Positions 50,039 through 59,395 of a stretch of DNA of 64,000 nucleotides are shown here, one piece after another. The position numbers and the translations under genes are program-made. The stretch's first letter is position 1; each line of letters begins with the position of its first letter. A model generated the notes under the pieces. The model ran no database searches. It saw nothing but the letters and a program-made list of their open reading frames with translations, and was not told the DNA's origin. Source of the stretch: an uncultured Gemmatimonadales bacterium (lineage in GTDB: Bacteria > Gemmatimonadota > Gemmatimonadetes > Longimicrobiales > RSA9); assembly GCA_963741945.1 (NCBI GenBank), contig CAVUKA010000001.1, forward strand, positions 1,348,695 to 1,412,694. Reading direction: 5' to 3'.

Positions 50039-50257
50039 TTACTGGAGATCCTCGATCGTCAGGTCGGCATCCTTCATGATCCGGGCGAGAAGCCCTCTAC
50101 CTAGATCCTTCGACTTGTGCATCGGCACGGTAACTCGACGGCCGTCTGCGTGCCGAAGCAATAGGTGTGAACCCGATTGGCGGACGCGCTCAAACCCTTG
50201 TCGCTCCAGGATCCGCACGACCTGACCTGCGGTCCTGGAGGGTAGGCGCGGGGTCAT
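50039..50257 (-). CDS. hicA: HicA toxin
   Basis: LERQGF..VRQSGSH, VTVPMH, GLLARIMKDA. Confidence 0.9.
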   Translation of the reverse strand: MTPRLPSRTAGQVVRILERQGFERVRQSGSHLLLRHADGRRVTVPMHKSKDLGRGLLARIMKDADLTIEDLQ

Positions 50258-50475
50258 ATGGCAATACGAACTCTCGAGCTGCCTACTTCCTCGTGGATCA
50301 GTTCACCATGCTCGAGGCGATCTTCGATGTGAAGCCGAATCGCGTCCTCGATCAGATCCCGTGCCTCCTGTTCCGTCTCCCCCTCCGTGTAGCACCCCTG
50401 AAGCGCCGGAACCACAGCGACGAAGCGCCCATCCTCATCCCGCTCGATCACAACCGTGAATTCGTAGATCTTCAT
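50254..50475 (-). CDS. hicB: Short HicB antitoxin
   Basis: FTVVIERDEDG, VPALQGCYTEGET..EA...EDAI. Confidence 0.9.
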   Translation of the reverse strand: MKIYEFTVVIERDEDGRFVAVVPALQGCYTEGETEQEARDLIEDAIRLHIEDRLEHGELIHEEVGSSRVRIAI

Positions 50476-50538
50476 AGCACCACCTCAGTAACCGGGTCCC
50501 TACAAGATAGCTGCTTGCCGCCCATCAGTTCTACGGCG

Positions 50539-50666
50539 TGATAACGCTACAGAGGTAAGCTGCGAAAAGGGCGACGCAAAATCGAACGAGCGCGAGTAAA
50601 TGACCGCGTGCCCAAAAGCAGTCGAGCAGCGGGCGCTTTTCGGCAGCTTCACCGGGTCCGTTAGAC
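50539..50666 (-). other. attC site (128 bp)
   Basis: Plus strand TGATAAC-GCTACAGAGGTAAGCTGCGAAAAG...CTTTTCGGCAGCTTCACCGGGTCC-GTTAGAC. Confidence 0.9.
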
Positions 50667-50686
50667 CACCAGCCGAGTGCACAACC

Positions 50687-51325
50687 TCATCCACGGAGGT
50701 TGCTGAGAACGAGTCCGATGACGAATGCGACCGCAGCTGTTCCCCAGACCTGCTTTCGATTCTGAAGCCCGAGGATGCGGAAGCTGCCAAAGAAACCAGC
50801 GACGAGCAACACGTACGCCAGTTGACTGATGACATATCCAATGACGAGAGACGTATTCGCCGGGGTGCTTCTTATGCGGAGCAAAGCGGCGATCGGAACG
50901 ACGAGGGCTACTGCGCTAGCGATCGGAAAGCCCGCCGTCTTCAGGCCCATGAACTTGCGCATCTTGGGCTGATCGTGGGCGGAATAGGCGAAACTCAAGG
51001 TGATGATGTTGAAGAGGTTGAATAGCGTTTCGTCATCCTGGTCCACCGATGCGGACGCGAGGAGCCGACGGCCATCGGCGATGATCTCATCGAAGACAGC
51101 CGCGGTGTCGCGACTCCAGAACGCGGCGTCGTAGGCACGCTCGTTCCACCGGTCAATGAAACCCTCGACGAGAGGCTGGATCGGCGCCGGCAGCAGGCGG
51201 ACTGTACCGGCCACTCCAGCCATTCGTTGCGCTGGGGTCTGGCGGTAGAGGTGGCGCTCAACGAGTTGCGCGTAGCGCGAACCCGAGTACTGAGCCCGCA
51301 GCTGGTCTAAGTCGACCGTTGTCAT
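50687..51325 (-). CDS. Cassette-encoded hypothetical protein, soluble N-terminus plus 3 TM helices
   Basis: Single ORF filling cassette 3; stop 20 bp before the attC. Confidence 0.75.
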   Translation of the reverse strand: MTTVDLDQLRAQYSGSRYAQLVERHLYRQTPAQRMAGVAGTVRLLPAPIQPLVEGFIDRWNERAYDAAFWSRDTAAVFDEIIADGRRLLASASVDQDDETLFNLFNIITLSFAYSAHDQPKMRKFMGLKTAGFPIASAVALVVPIAALLRIRSTPANTSLVIGYVISQLAYVLLVAGFFGSFRILGLQNRKQVWGTAAVAFVIGLVLSNLRG

Positions 51326-51443
51326 AATGAGTGCCTCGTGCGTGTTGCCGACATGAGTAACCACACGGCGAGATCGATCTCCTGGTAGGATCGTTGCGCG
51401 ACGAGCGATCGGAGCCGGCCGACGCAGCGCAAGAGTTCTGGTG

Positions 51444-51546
51444 GTCTAACGCCTCTCGTTTCTGCTGCGCGTCCCATGATGCCATCCGCGCGCCTTTGGC
51501 GCGCGGCCCTCACGTTCCACGCGTCAGCAGCAAACGCTCGTTAGCT
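51444..51546 (-). other. attC site (103 bp)
   Basis: Plus strand GTCTAAC-GCCTCTCGTTTCTGCTGCGCGT...ACGCGTCAGCAGCAAACGCTC-GTTAGCT. Confidence 0.85.
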
Positions 51547-51946
51547 AGCCCGACTGCCCGCTGAGGTCGACGACATGCCTGCGGACCCAGGCGTCGAGCT
51601 CTGCCCTGGTCCTGTTCCCGGCTGCGACCGCGAGGATTTCGAACTCAGCGTCGTCGACACCGGCATCGAGTTCCTTGCCGTTGAGCATGAGCATCGCTTC
51701 CAGAGCGGCATGGCCAACGCGCTTGTTTCCGTCCACGAACGGGTGGTTCTTGATCAGCGAGTATGCGAGGGCCGTTGCCTTCGCGACGAGCTCGGGATAG
51801 AGGTCGTGGCCGCCGAACGTCTGCTTTGGCTGACCAAGCGCCGACGCGAGCATGCCGAGATCGCGAAGCCCATGGGAGCCGCCGGTCTCGGTGATGATCC
51901 GGTCGTGGAGGTCGAGTACCTCAGCCAAGCTGAGGTAGCGGATCAC
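51545..51946 (-). CDS. doc: Doc/Fic family toxin
   Basis: GLRDLGML.SAL..P, HPFVDGNKR. Confidence 0.92.
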   Translation of the reverse strand: MIRYLSLAEVLDLHDRIITETGGSHGLRDLGMLASALGQPKQTFGGHDLYPELVAKATALAYSLIKNHPFVDGNKRVGHAALEAMLMLNGKELDAGVDDAEFEILAVAAGNRTRAELDAWVRRHVVDLSGQSG

Positions 51947-52137
51947 CGGAGTCGCTCGTACAGATCTCGGTTCTTCTCGAGGACGCGCTTCGCGACGCCA
52001 TCGAACGCGCCTTCGGACTGATCGACGAGTTCCCGGACCGCAGCCTCGGCCAAAGACTCTGCGGGGATGTTCAGTCGCGCAGCGATCTCGGCGAGACGCC
52101 GCTCCTGGGCTTCGGATAGCTGGATGTCGAGCTTCAT
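51943..52137 (-). CDS. Antitoxin of Doc (RHH-like)
   Basis: Small gene overlapping the doc start; C-terminal VLEKNRDLYERLR. Confidence 0.8.
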   Translation of the reverse strand: MKLDIQLSEAQERRLAEIAARLNIPAESLAEAAVRELVDQSEGAFDGVAKRVLEKNRDLYERLR

Positions 52138-52190
52138 GATTCCTCCTCGCCTCCAAAGCTAGCTTTCCCCGCCGAACCATGCCAAGGGCG

Positions 52191-52256
52191 AGCTAACGCC
52201 CTGGGCGTAACCTGCGGCGCGCGCAGCTCGCTGTCAGGTTCACGCCCCCGTTATGC
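52191..52256 (-). other. attC site (66 bp)
   Basis: Plus strand AGCTAAC-GCCCTGGGCGTAACCTG...CAGGTTCACGCCCCC-GTTATGC; close homolog of 40479-40544. Confidence 0.9.
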
Positions 52257-52707
52257 AGCGCCTCCACTTCGCATTCGATTCGTCCGTGTACGCAAGCTCC
52301 TCTTCTCGCCATGCATTTCACTATGGTCAGGCACCTAGCTCTGCGGTGATACTGTCCCACACCTTCTTCCGATAGTCCTCTTTGCCAGTAATTGGACTGC
52401 TGTAATGCAATATCTTGACGAGCTTTCCGTACGCCGTTTAAGGGACATGCTGCTTGACTATCTCGTGCGCATCGTTGCCGAAAGCGAGGATGAGGGGTGC
52501 AGTCGTGCCGAGATCACTGAGCTCACGCTGAAAAGTAGCAACATTTTCTTCGATCAACTCAGGAGACCTCTTCGTCGTCCTATGCCATGTGCGAGGCCGA
52601 GGTAGGACTGCGCGAACTTATAACAGAAATCGGTACAGCCGCATTGCCAACATCTCTAAGCGTAGGCATCGGTATTATCTAGACGGCAACGCCACCGTGC
52701 TCGCGCT

Positions 52708-52770
52708 GTATAACGCTCTCTATACTGCGCCTACGGTTCAGCCGACCCATCCGAGGCTGCAAGGTTGTTC
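52708..52770 (-). other. Putative attI site (core GTTATAC at 52714-52708)
   Basis: CGCTGTATAAC (52704-52714) complements the cassette end GTTATGCAGCG (52250-52260) at 10/11; no attC hairpin upstream; about 190 bp past the intI stop. Upstream limit is approximate. Confidence 0.65.
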
Positions 52771-53729
52771 TTCGCTCGACGCATCGAGGTATGAAGGTTG
52801 CCCGCAGCCTACCGCCCCCCTCTGTAACCGGGCCCTCCGCGACTAGCCGGCCAGCTAACAGTTTCCCATCGCGCGCATCCATTCCTGCTCCTGGCGCAGC
52901 CTAACCCATGCGGTCGAGCGGGCTCGTCACACCCCCGGCGCCGCGGTTGAGGACGTGGGTATAGATCATCGTCGTCTTGACGTCCTTGTGGCCGAGGAGC
53001 TCCTGGATGGTGCGGATGTCGTAGCGGTCCTCGAGGAGGTGCGTGGCGAAGGAGTGCCGCAGGGTGTGGCAGGTCACTCGCTTCGCGATGCCGGCGCGAC
53101 GGCCGGCGGCCGAGACGTCGCGCTGGACGGCCCTTTCGTGCAGGTGGTGACGGCGTCGCTGGCCCGTTCCGCGGTCCACGTGCTGTCGCGTTGCGGGGAA
53201 CAGGTACTGCCAGGCGGTATCCCGGCCGGCGTTCGGCATCTTCCGGGCGAGGGCGTCTGGGAGGGCCACCCAGCCGTCGCCAGCGCGTAGGTCGGCTTCG
53301 TGGCGCCTGCGAACCTCCTTCACCTGGCGCCGCAGCTCGGGGTCGATGGCGCGGGGGAGCATGGTGATCCGGTCGTGTCCGCCCTTGCCGCTGCGGACCA
53401 CGATCTCGCCCCGCTCCAAGGAAATGTCCTTGAGACGGATGTCGAGGGCTTCCATGAGTCGGAGGCCGGAGCCATAGAGGAGCTTCGCCACGAGGCGCGT
53501 GGTGGCTCGCATTTCGGCGAAGACAGCGGCGACCTCGTCGCGTGAGAGCACGGTGGGCAGGCGGCGACGCCGTCCGGGGCGCGCGATTCCTTCGGGCGCG
53601 TCCATCGGCATCCCCGTGAGATAGGTGGCCACGGCGTCGTCGTCGAGCTCCCGCGGGTGGCGCTTGCCATGTGTCCAGGGACACCCAGATTTGCGCAGTT
53701 GGGGGACACCCAGTTTTACGCACCTGTCC

Positions 53730-54554
53730 TTAGCTTGATGTCGATTCACCTCCGTTCTTCGGGGGTGAGGGGTCGGGCTGCTGAGACAGGAGCCCGTCCA
53801 GCTCCCGGAGCCGGTAGCTGCGGCCGTCGATGTGGATGATGTGGACGTGGTGGAGCAGCCGGTCGAGGATCGCGGTGGTCAGGATCTCGTCCCCGGCAAA
53901 GATCTCGGGCCAGTCCCTCACGTGCTTGTTGGAGGTCAGAATGATCGAGCCCTTCTCGTAGCGGGCGCTCACCAGCCGAAAGAAGAGGTTGGCCTCCTCT
54001 CGGTCCAGCGGCCGGAATCCGACTTCGTCGATAACCAGCAGGGCGCTGTTGAGATAGCGCTTCGAGCGGAGCCGCCTGGGCGGTATGGCCGCATCTCCCT
54101 TCAGCACATGCATCAGGTCGTCCAGGATGTAGTGCTGGGTGCTGAAGCCGTTCTTGATGGCTTTCACCCCCAGCGCCACCGCCGGGTGGCTCTTCCCGAC
54201 GCCGGGCGGGCCCATGAAGAGGACGTTCTCCGTCTGCCGGATGAAAGCGCAGGTCCCGAGCGTCTCCAGCTTCGTGCGGTCAGCCCGGGGCTGGAAGGTC
54301 CAGTCGAAGCCCTCGAGGGTCTTCCCGGGCGGGAGGCCGCTGAGCTTCAGCGAGGTGGCGATCCTGCGCTCGTTCTTCCGCTCAAGCTCCTGCTGGAGCA
54401 CGCGGTCCAGGAAGTGGATCGGTGTCAGGTCCTCCCGACTCGCCTCCTCGGCGAGCTCCGGCAGGCACTGGGCGGCGTGGACCAGCTTGAGCGCTTCGCA
54501 GCGCTCAGCGATGGCGTCCAGATCGACCTTGGGCCGCTTCGTCGCCGGGCTCAC
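53730..54554 (-). CDS. istB: IS21 ATPase IstB (element D)
   Basis: [22 protein letters not shown]. Confidence 0.92.
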   Translation of the reverse strand: MSPATKRPKVDLDAIAERCEALKLVHAAQCLPELAEEASREDLTPIHFLDRVLQQELERKNERRIATSLKLSGLPPGKTLEGFDWTFQPRADRTKLETLGTCAFIRQTENVLFMGPPGVGKSHPAVALGVKAIKNGFSTQHYILDDLMHVLKGDAAIPPRRLRSKRYLNSALLVIDEVGFRPLDREEANLFFRLVSARYEKGSIILTSNKHVRDWPEIFAGDEILTTAILDRLLHHVHIIHIDGRSYRLRELDGLLSQQPDPSPPKNGGESTSS

Positions 54555-55459
54555 TGGAGGGCCTCCACGAGCTGCACGTACGCGTCCAGGGGCCGGGAGA
54601 TCCTCTCCTGCCCCGGAAGGCCGAGGACCGTTCGACGGGAGGGGCTCGAAAGCCCCGCCATCTGCAGCCGGGCCCGCCGGCCCAGCGGAGTCGGCCGCTC
54701 CACCCGGTTGGTGGAGACGCCTTCATAGTGCAGCGGATCCATGACGAGCCGCTCCTGGGTCCGTCGCTCGTGTCGGGCGATCTCCTGCCCCTCCGCCCGG
54801 ATCACCACATGATTCAGCGTGCCCCAGACGTCCACCAGCCGGTCCACCCAGGCGAAGGGCACGCTATAGCGCCGCCCCTCGAAGGAAACCAGGCAGTCCC
54901 GCTGGACCTTCCGGGTCACTACCACATCAAACGGCTCCACCATGGTCGGGATCGGCTGAAGAAGCCCTCGCTCAGCCTCCCACGCTTCCCGCACCGAGGT
55001 CCCGGTGACGGGGCACCCCAGCCGGTCCAGCAGCGCCTGTGCGTCGGCGTCCAGAAGGTGCTGCAGCTCCTCGAGACAGCCTGCACCGCGGCGGAGCGTG
55101 CGCCCGAAGGCGCCCCGGAAGGTCCGCACCGACCGCTCCCCCTTCCCCTTGTCCGAGCCCTTCCGGGCACGGCACGGGTCGACCTCGAAGCCGCAGGTGC
55201 GGGCAAAGATCTCGTAGGAGCGGTTCAGCACCGCATTCCCTCCCGACCCCGACGCCACCCCCGTCTTCAGATTGTCGATCCGGACCCAGAGGGGGACGCC
55301 GCCGTAGCGCTTGAAGAGCTCCAGGTGCCCCGTGTGTGCGTATTCCGGTGATTCCGTCCACCGGTTCCGGAGGAATCCGTCCAGCAGTTCCGGCGCAAGC
55401 CGTCCAGCGATTCCGGTCCATGGCGTCCAGTCCATCGGAGCGAAGCGACGCTGGTGGTT

Positions 55460-56212
55460 TCAGGCGTCGTCGTTCTCGGAGGGCGGGCTCTTCTTCCTCC
55501 GCATGGAAGCTCCTTTCAGGGTGAGGGTGTGAGCGTTGTGGACGAGCCGGTCCAGGATGGCGTCGGCGAATGTCGCGTCAGCCATGATCCCGTGCCAGTG
55601 CTCGACGGGGAGTTGGCTGGTGACCAGCGTGGCCCGGCGGCCGTAGCGGTCCTCGAGGACTTCGAGGAAGTCACGACGCTCGGAGTCCGTGAGCGGAGCG
55701 AGGCCGAAGTCATCGAGAATGAGGAGCTGGGTCTTGGCGAGGCGGTCGAGGAGCTTGGTGTAGGACCCATCGGCGCGGGCGAGCGCGAGCTCGCCCAGCA
55801 GGCGCGAGAAGCGGTAGTAGCGGGTCGAGAGGCCCTGGCGACACGCGCTGTGGCCGAGCGCGCAGGCCAGGTAGCTCTTGCCGGTGCCCGTTGCGCCGGA
55901 GATGAGGACGCTCTGGTGATCGCGAATCCACTGACCGCTGGCGAGCCGCAGCATGAGGGAGCGCTGCAATCCGCGGGGCGCCCGGAAGTCGATGTCTTCG
56001 ACCGTGGCCGGGAGGTGGAGCTTGGCTACCTGCAGGAGCCGCGTGAGGCGCCGGTCGTCACGGACCGTGATCTCCCGCTCGAGCAGGAGGGCCAGGCGGT
56101 CCTCGAAGGAGAGGCGCTCGATGTCGGGCATTCGAAGCTGCTCCTGGAGGGCGTCGGCCATGCCGGTGAGGCGCAGCTCGTGGAGTTGGTCGAGGGTCTG
56201 TTGGGTCAGCAT
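55460..56212 (-). CDS. istB: IS21 ATPase IstB (element E)
   Basis: GATGTGKS, ILDDFG, ILDRLVHN. Confidence 0.93.
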   Translation of the reverse strand: MLTQQTLDQLHELRLTGMADALQEQLRMPDIERLSFEDRLALLLEREITVRDDRRLTRLLQVAKLHLPATVEDIDFRAPRGLQRSLMLRLASGQWIRDHQSVLISGATGTGKSYLACALGHSACRQGLSTRYYRFSRLLGELALARADGSYTKLLDRLAKTQLLILDDFGLAPLTDSERRDFLEVLEDRYGRRATLVTSQLPVEHWHGIMADATFADAILDRLVHNAHTLTLKGASMRRKKSPPSENDDA

Positions 56213-57777
56213 GGGCGGCCTCCGTTGGCTGCGGCGGCGTAGTAGAGACCGCCACGGACGTGTTCATGATCCTGGGGCAGGGCGAGACTCGACTGCTCCT
56301 CGAGGGGGAGGCGGTCGAGGCCGCTCTGGAGAATGGATTTCACCGAGCGGTAGGAGAGGCCGCCGATGCGGAGTGCCCGGGCGCACGCGGCTTCAAGGCG
56401 TTCGGGCGAATACCGGTTCCCGAGCCTCAGGAGCCCGAGGCAGGCGCGGTAGCCCTGCTCGGGGTGCGGCTTCGCTTCCATGATCCGAGCCGCCAGCTCT
56501 CCCGTGGCGGGCCCCGTCTGCTCCGCCCAGGAGATGATCCGCGACGGTGTCCACTCCAGGTACTTCTGATGGGCCTTCGGCCGGTGGCCGGGCTCGGTCG
56601 TGAAGCCGCCCTTGCGATGGCTCCGCGGATGCGCGGCCACGCGTTTGCCGGAGTGCAGGACCTCGATGGTCGTGCTCGTGATCCGCACGTCCACCTGCTG
56701 GCGCACCAGCGTGTGGGGCACGCTGTAGTAGTGCCCCAGGACATCGATGTGGTAGTCGATGTTCACGCGCGCCTTCTTCCAGCGCGCGAATTCGTAGCGC
56801 TGCTCCGGCAGCGGCAGAAGCGCTGGCCGATCCAGCGTCTCGAAGAGCGAGCGCCGGCTCCCCTCCAGCTTCTGGAAGGGGCGATCGTTCAGCTCATCGA
56901 GGAGCGCGCGGATCTCCTGGTTCAGCTCGGACAGGCTGAAGAAGGTCCGTTTACGAAGGCGAGCCAGGATCCAGCGCTCCACGAGGAGCACCCCGGCCTC
57001 CACTTTGGCCTTGTCACGGGGCTTCCGCACTCGCGTCGGGAGCACGGCCGTGCCGTAGTGCACGGCCATCTCGTGGTACGTCGGGTTCAGATCCGGGTCG
57101 TAGTAGCTCGCGTGGCGCACGCCGGATCTCAGGTTGTCCGGGATCGTGAGCGCCGCCGCGCCGCCGAAGTACTCGTACATGTGCACGTGCGCCCCGATCC
57201 ACTCCGGCAGCTCCTGGCTCCAGGACGCCTCGGCGTACGTGTAGTTGCTCGCGCCCAGCACCCCCACGAAGATCTCCGCCTGACGGACTTCGCCCGTGGC
57301 CCGGTCCACCACCGGCACCGTCTGGCCGGCGTAGTCCACGAAGACCTTCTCGCCGGCGCGGTGCTCCTGCCGAAGCACCAGGTCGAGGCGACCACGCCAG
57401 CGGCGGTATCGCTCGCAGAATTGACTGTACTGGAGCCCGTCCGGGTGATTCTCCTTGTACTCGAGCCAGAGCAGCTGGAGCGTAACGCCGCTCCGCTTCC
57501 TGGCCTTCATCTCCCGGTGCACTTCCTTCCAGTCCGGAAGCGGACGCTCGACGTTCGAGGGCGGTGGCGGCGGGAACAAGCGCGCCTCGATCTCTGCGTC
57601 CGACAACGGCTGGTACAACGGCCAGCTCAGACCCGCGGCGCTGGCCCGGGCCAGGTAATCACGAACCGTGCTGTGGGAAATCCGCAGGCTCCGGGCGATC
57701 GCCCGATTGCCATGGCCCGCGGCCTTCACCCGCAGCACCTCCTTGATCTTCCGCATGGACAACCTTTCCGCCGCCAT
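56206..57777 (-). CDS. istA: IS21 transposase IstA (element E)
   Basis: FVDYAG, PDNLRSGV, PRDKAKVE. Confidence 0.94.
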   Translation of the reverse strand: MAAERLSMRKIKEVLRVKAAGHGNRAIARSLRISHSTVRDYLARASAAGLSWPLYQPLSDAEIEARLFPPPPPSNVERPLPDWKEVHREMKARKRSGVTLQLLWLEYKENHPDGLQYSQFCERYRRWRGRLDLVLRQEHRAGEKVFVDYAGQTVPVVDRATGEVRQAEIFVGVLGASNYTYAEASWSQELPEWIGAHVHMYEYFGGAAALTIPDNLRSGVRHASYYDPDLNPTYHEMAVHYGTAVLPTRVRKPRDKAKVEAGVLLVERWILARLRKRTFFSLSELNQEIRALLDELNDRPFQKLEGSRRSLFETLDRPALLPLPEQRYEFARWKKARVNIDYHIDVLGHYYSVPHTLVRQQVDVRITSTTIEVLHSGKRVAAHPRSHRKGGFTTEPGHRPKAHQKYLEWTPSRIISWAEQTGPATGELAARIMEAKPHPEQGYRACLGLLRLGNRYSPERLEAACARALRIGGLSYRSVKSILQSGLDRLPLEEQSSLALPQDHEHVRGGLYYAAAANGGRPC

Positions 57778-59395
57778 CTCTCCTCCCGTTTCAGGACCGG
57801 GAGAAGGTGGCGACACGGTGATTTCAGGTCATCCAGCATCGCTTCGCAGGGTGGACGGATTCCGCCGGAATGACAGGACGGAATGCCCGGAATCGGTGGA
57901 CGGATTGCTCCGGAATGCGTGGACGCTTTGCTCCGGAATCAGTGGACGGCTTGCCCCGGAATCAGTGGACGGATTCGGCCGGAATACGCACCGTGTGCCA
58001 CGCCAGCTGACTCTGATCATGGCTGGCCCAGCAGAAGCGGGCCCGGCTGTGCGACAGCGCCCCCACCAGCATCTGGAGCTTCTGCTGTCGGCTCCCCAGC
58101 GGCACCCGCGCCTCGAACCAATCGTGCTGGGCCTGGACGCCGGGCGGGGTCTCCACGCGCCGCAGCGCACGGACCTTCGGCTTCCCGTACCGCCGATTCA
58201 GGTGCCGGGCCACGGCCTTGTAGCTGCCCCGGTAGCCATGATCCCGAACCAGCACGTCGTAGATCTCCCGCACCTGGCAGGGCCGGCCGTCTCCCGTCAG
58301 TCGGCCATCCCCCAGCCGCTCCTGGATCGCCAGCACCGCATCCTCGTATCCGTCCAGCGCCGTCGGCTGATTGGCCCGCCCGTCCGGCGCCTCCTCGCCC
58401 AGCTTCCCAATCCGGTAGCGGAGCGCCCCCTCGGTAACCCCCAGCTGCTTCGCCAGCCGGCGGACCGAAGTCCCGCGCTCCTTCATGTCTCTCGCCACGG
58501 TCACCTGCTCCTTGCTCAGTTTCACGCGCCGTCTCCGGATCGAGGTCGATCCGGAGTGGACCCGCACCCGCGGGCCCCGTCAACTCAAGTGCGTAAAACT
58601 GGATGTCCCCAGAGCAGGAATCTGGAGGTGTCTCCTACACCATGGAACAGCACGTACCGGCGGACCCATGCTGTGTAGGCTTCCGCGGTGCGTTCGCTGA
58701 ACTGCCTCGCCCGGCAGGCGATGCGGACTTCATCGAGCAGCCTGGGCTTGCGCGACGTCTCCTGACCGCCTGGTTCGCGGCGAGGGTCGACGGCGGGCGT
58801 CGGTGGTTCTCGCGGATGCATGGCCCCTCCCCGTCCCCGATTTCGACGAGCCGGGTGTTCCGGCCCAGCATGCAGAGTGGGCCTCGGCGCGGGGCAGGTC
58901 TATGGCCGGACGGGCTCAGCGCGCTGAAGCTCTGGAGGACGCGGTCGGGGTAGCGGGCGCCGTCGAAGGAGAGCTGGCGCCCGATGCGGCCGTCGTCGGT
59001 CAGGTCGTCGACGTTGCGGGTGATGGCGTCCCGGGCCTTCGCCTCGTCCAGCTTCGGGAAGTCCTTGGTGAAGCTGTCGATGACCCGGTCCAGGTTCTGC
59101 TTCGTCATGTGCTGGACGGCGCCGTCTACGCGCATGAGCCGGCTGCGGCGCTGTGCTGTTCAGATGGCGCCACCGGAAGGGGGGCCGGCGGGTGCTGGGA
59201 GGCGCGCGTGCGTCCCGCGTGCGATCGGCCGGCGAGCGGCGGGGAGCCGCGGGGGGTTCAGGGGCCGGCCGGATCGGACGGTTGCATGTTGGGATGGGAC
59301 GGCGGCCGGGTCAAGGGCGCGGATGCCGGCAATCCCGCTACGGGAGCGCTGACCGGGCCTCAGCGGCAGGAACAATCTCAGTTGTCGGGCTGCCC

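Larger units (their letters stand above)
55337..57990 (-). mobile_element. IS21-family element E nested in istA of element D
   Basis: Perfect 12-bp IR TGCGTATTCCGG; multiple CCGGAAT..GTGGACGG subterminal repeats; 7-bp TSD CCGTGTG at 55330-55336 and 57991-57997. Confidence 0.95.
54551..58525 (-). pseudogene. istA: IstA of element D, split by element E
   Basis: ..QAQHDW...SQLAWHT | GHLELFKRYGGVP..IDNLK..KGKGER rejoins in frame. Confidence 0.9.
53672..58639 (-). mobile_element. IS21-family element D inside intI (contains nested element E)
   Basis: TGT...ACA ends sharing GGGACAYCCAGTTTTACGCAC; 5-bp TSD CCATG at 53667-53671 and 58640-58644. Confidence 0.94.
40200..58821 (-). mobile_element. Chromosomal integron (inverted-integrase layout): intI pseudogene, putative attI, 7 attC, 8 cassettes
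   Basis: IntI-specific motifs plus seven RYYYAAC-like..GTTRRRY-like hairpins whose cassette ends are pairwise complementary. Confidence 0.93.
52901..58821 (-). pseudogene. intI: Integron integrase, split by IS21 element D and with an in-frame N-domain deletion
   Basis: 5' part LLDEVR...SERTAEAY..WVRRYVLFH (58821-58640); 3' part GKRHP..., YGSGLR, GKGG.DR, IntI-specific insert [37 protein letters not shown] (53671-52901). Confidence 0.95.

Noticed and set aside
57855-57990. Tandem approximately 22-bp repeats as CRISPR or iterons
   Set aside because: They are subterminal repeats of IS21 element E, mirrored at 55337-55445.
58900-59135. Protein-like segment upstream of intI (QHMTKQNLDRVIDSF...)
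   Set aside because: Probably a gene fragment, but it has no recognisable family or clear boundaries.
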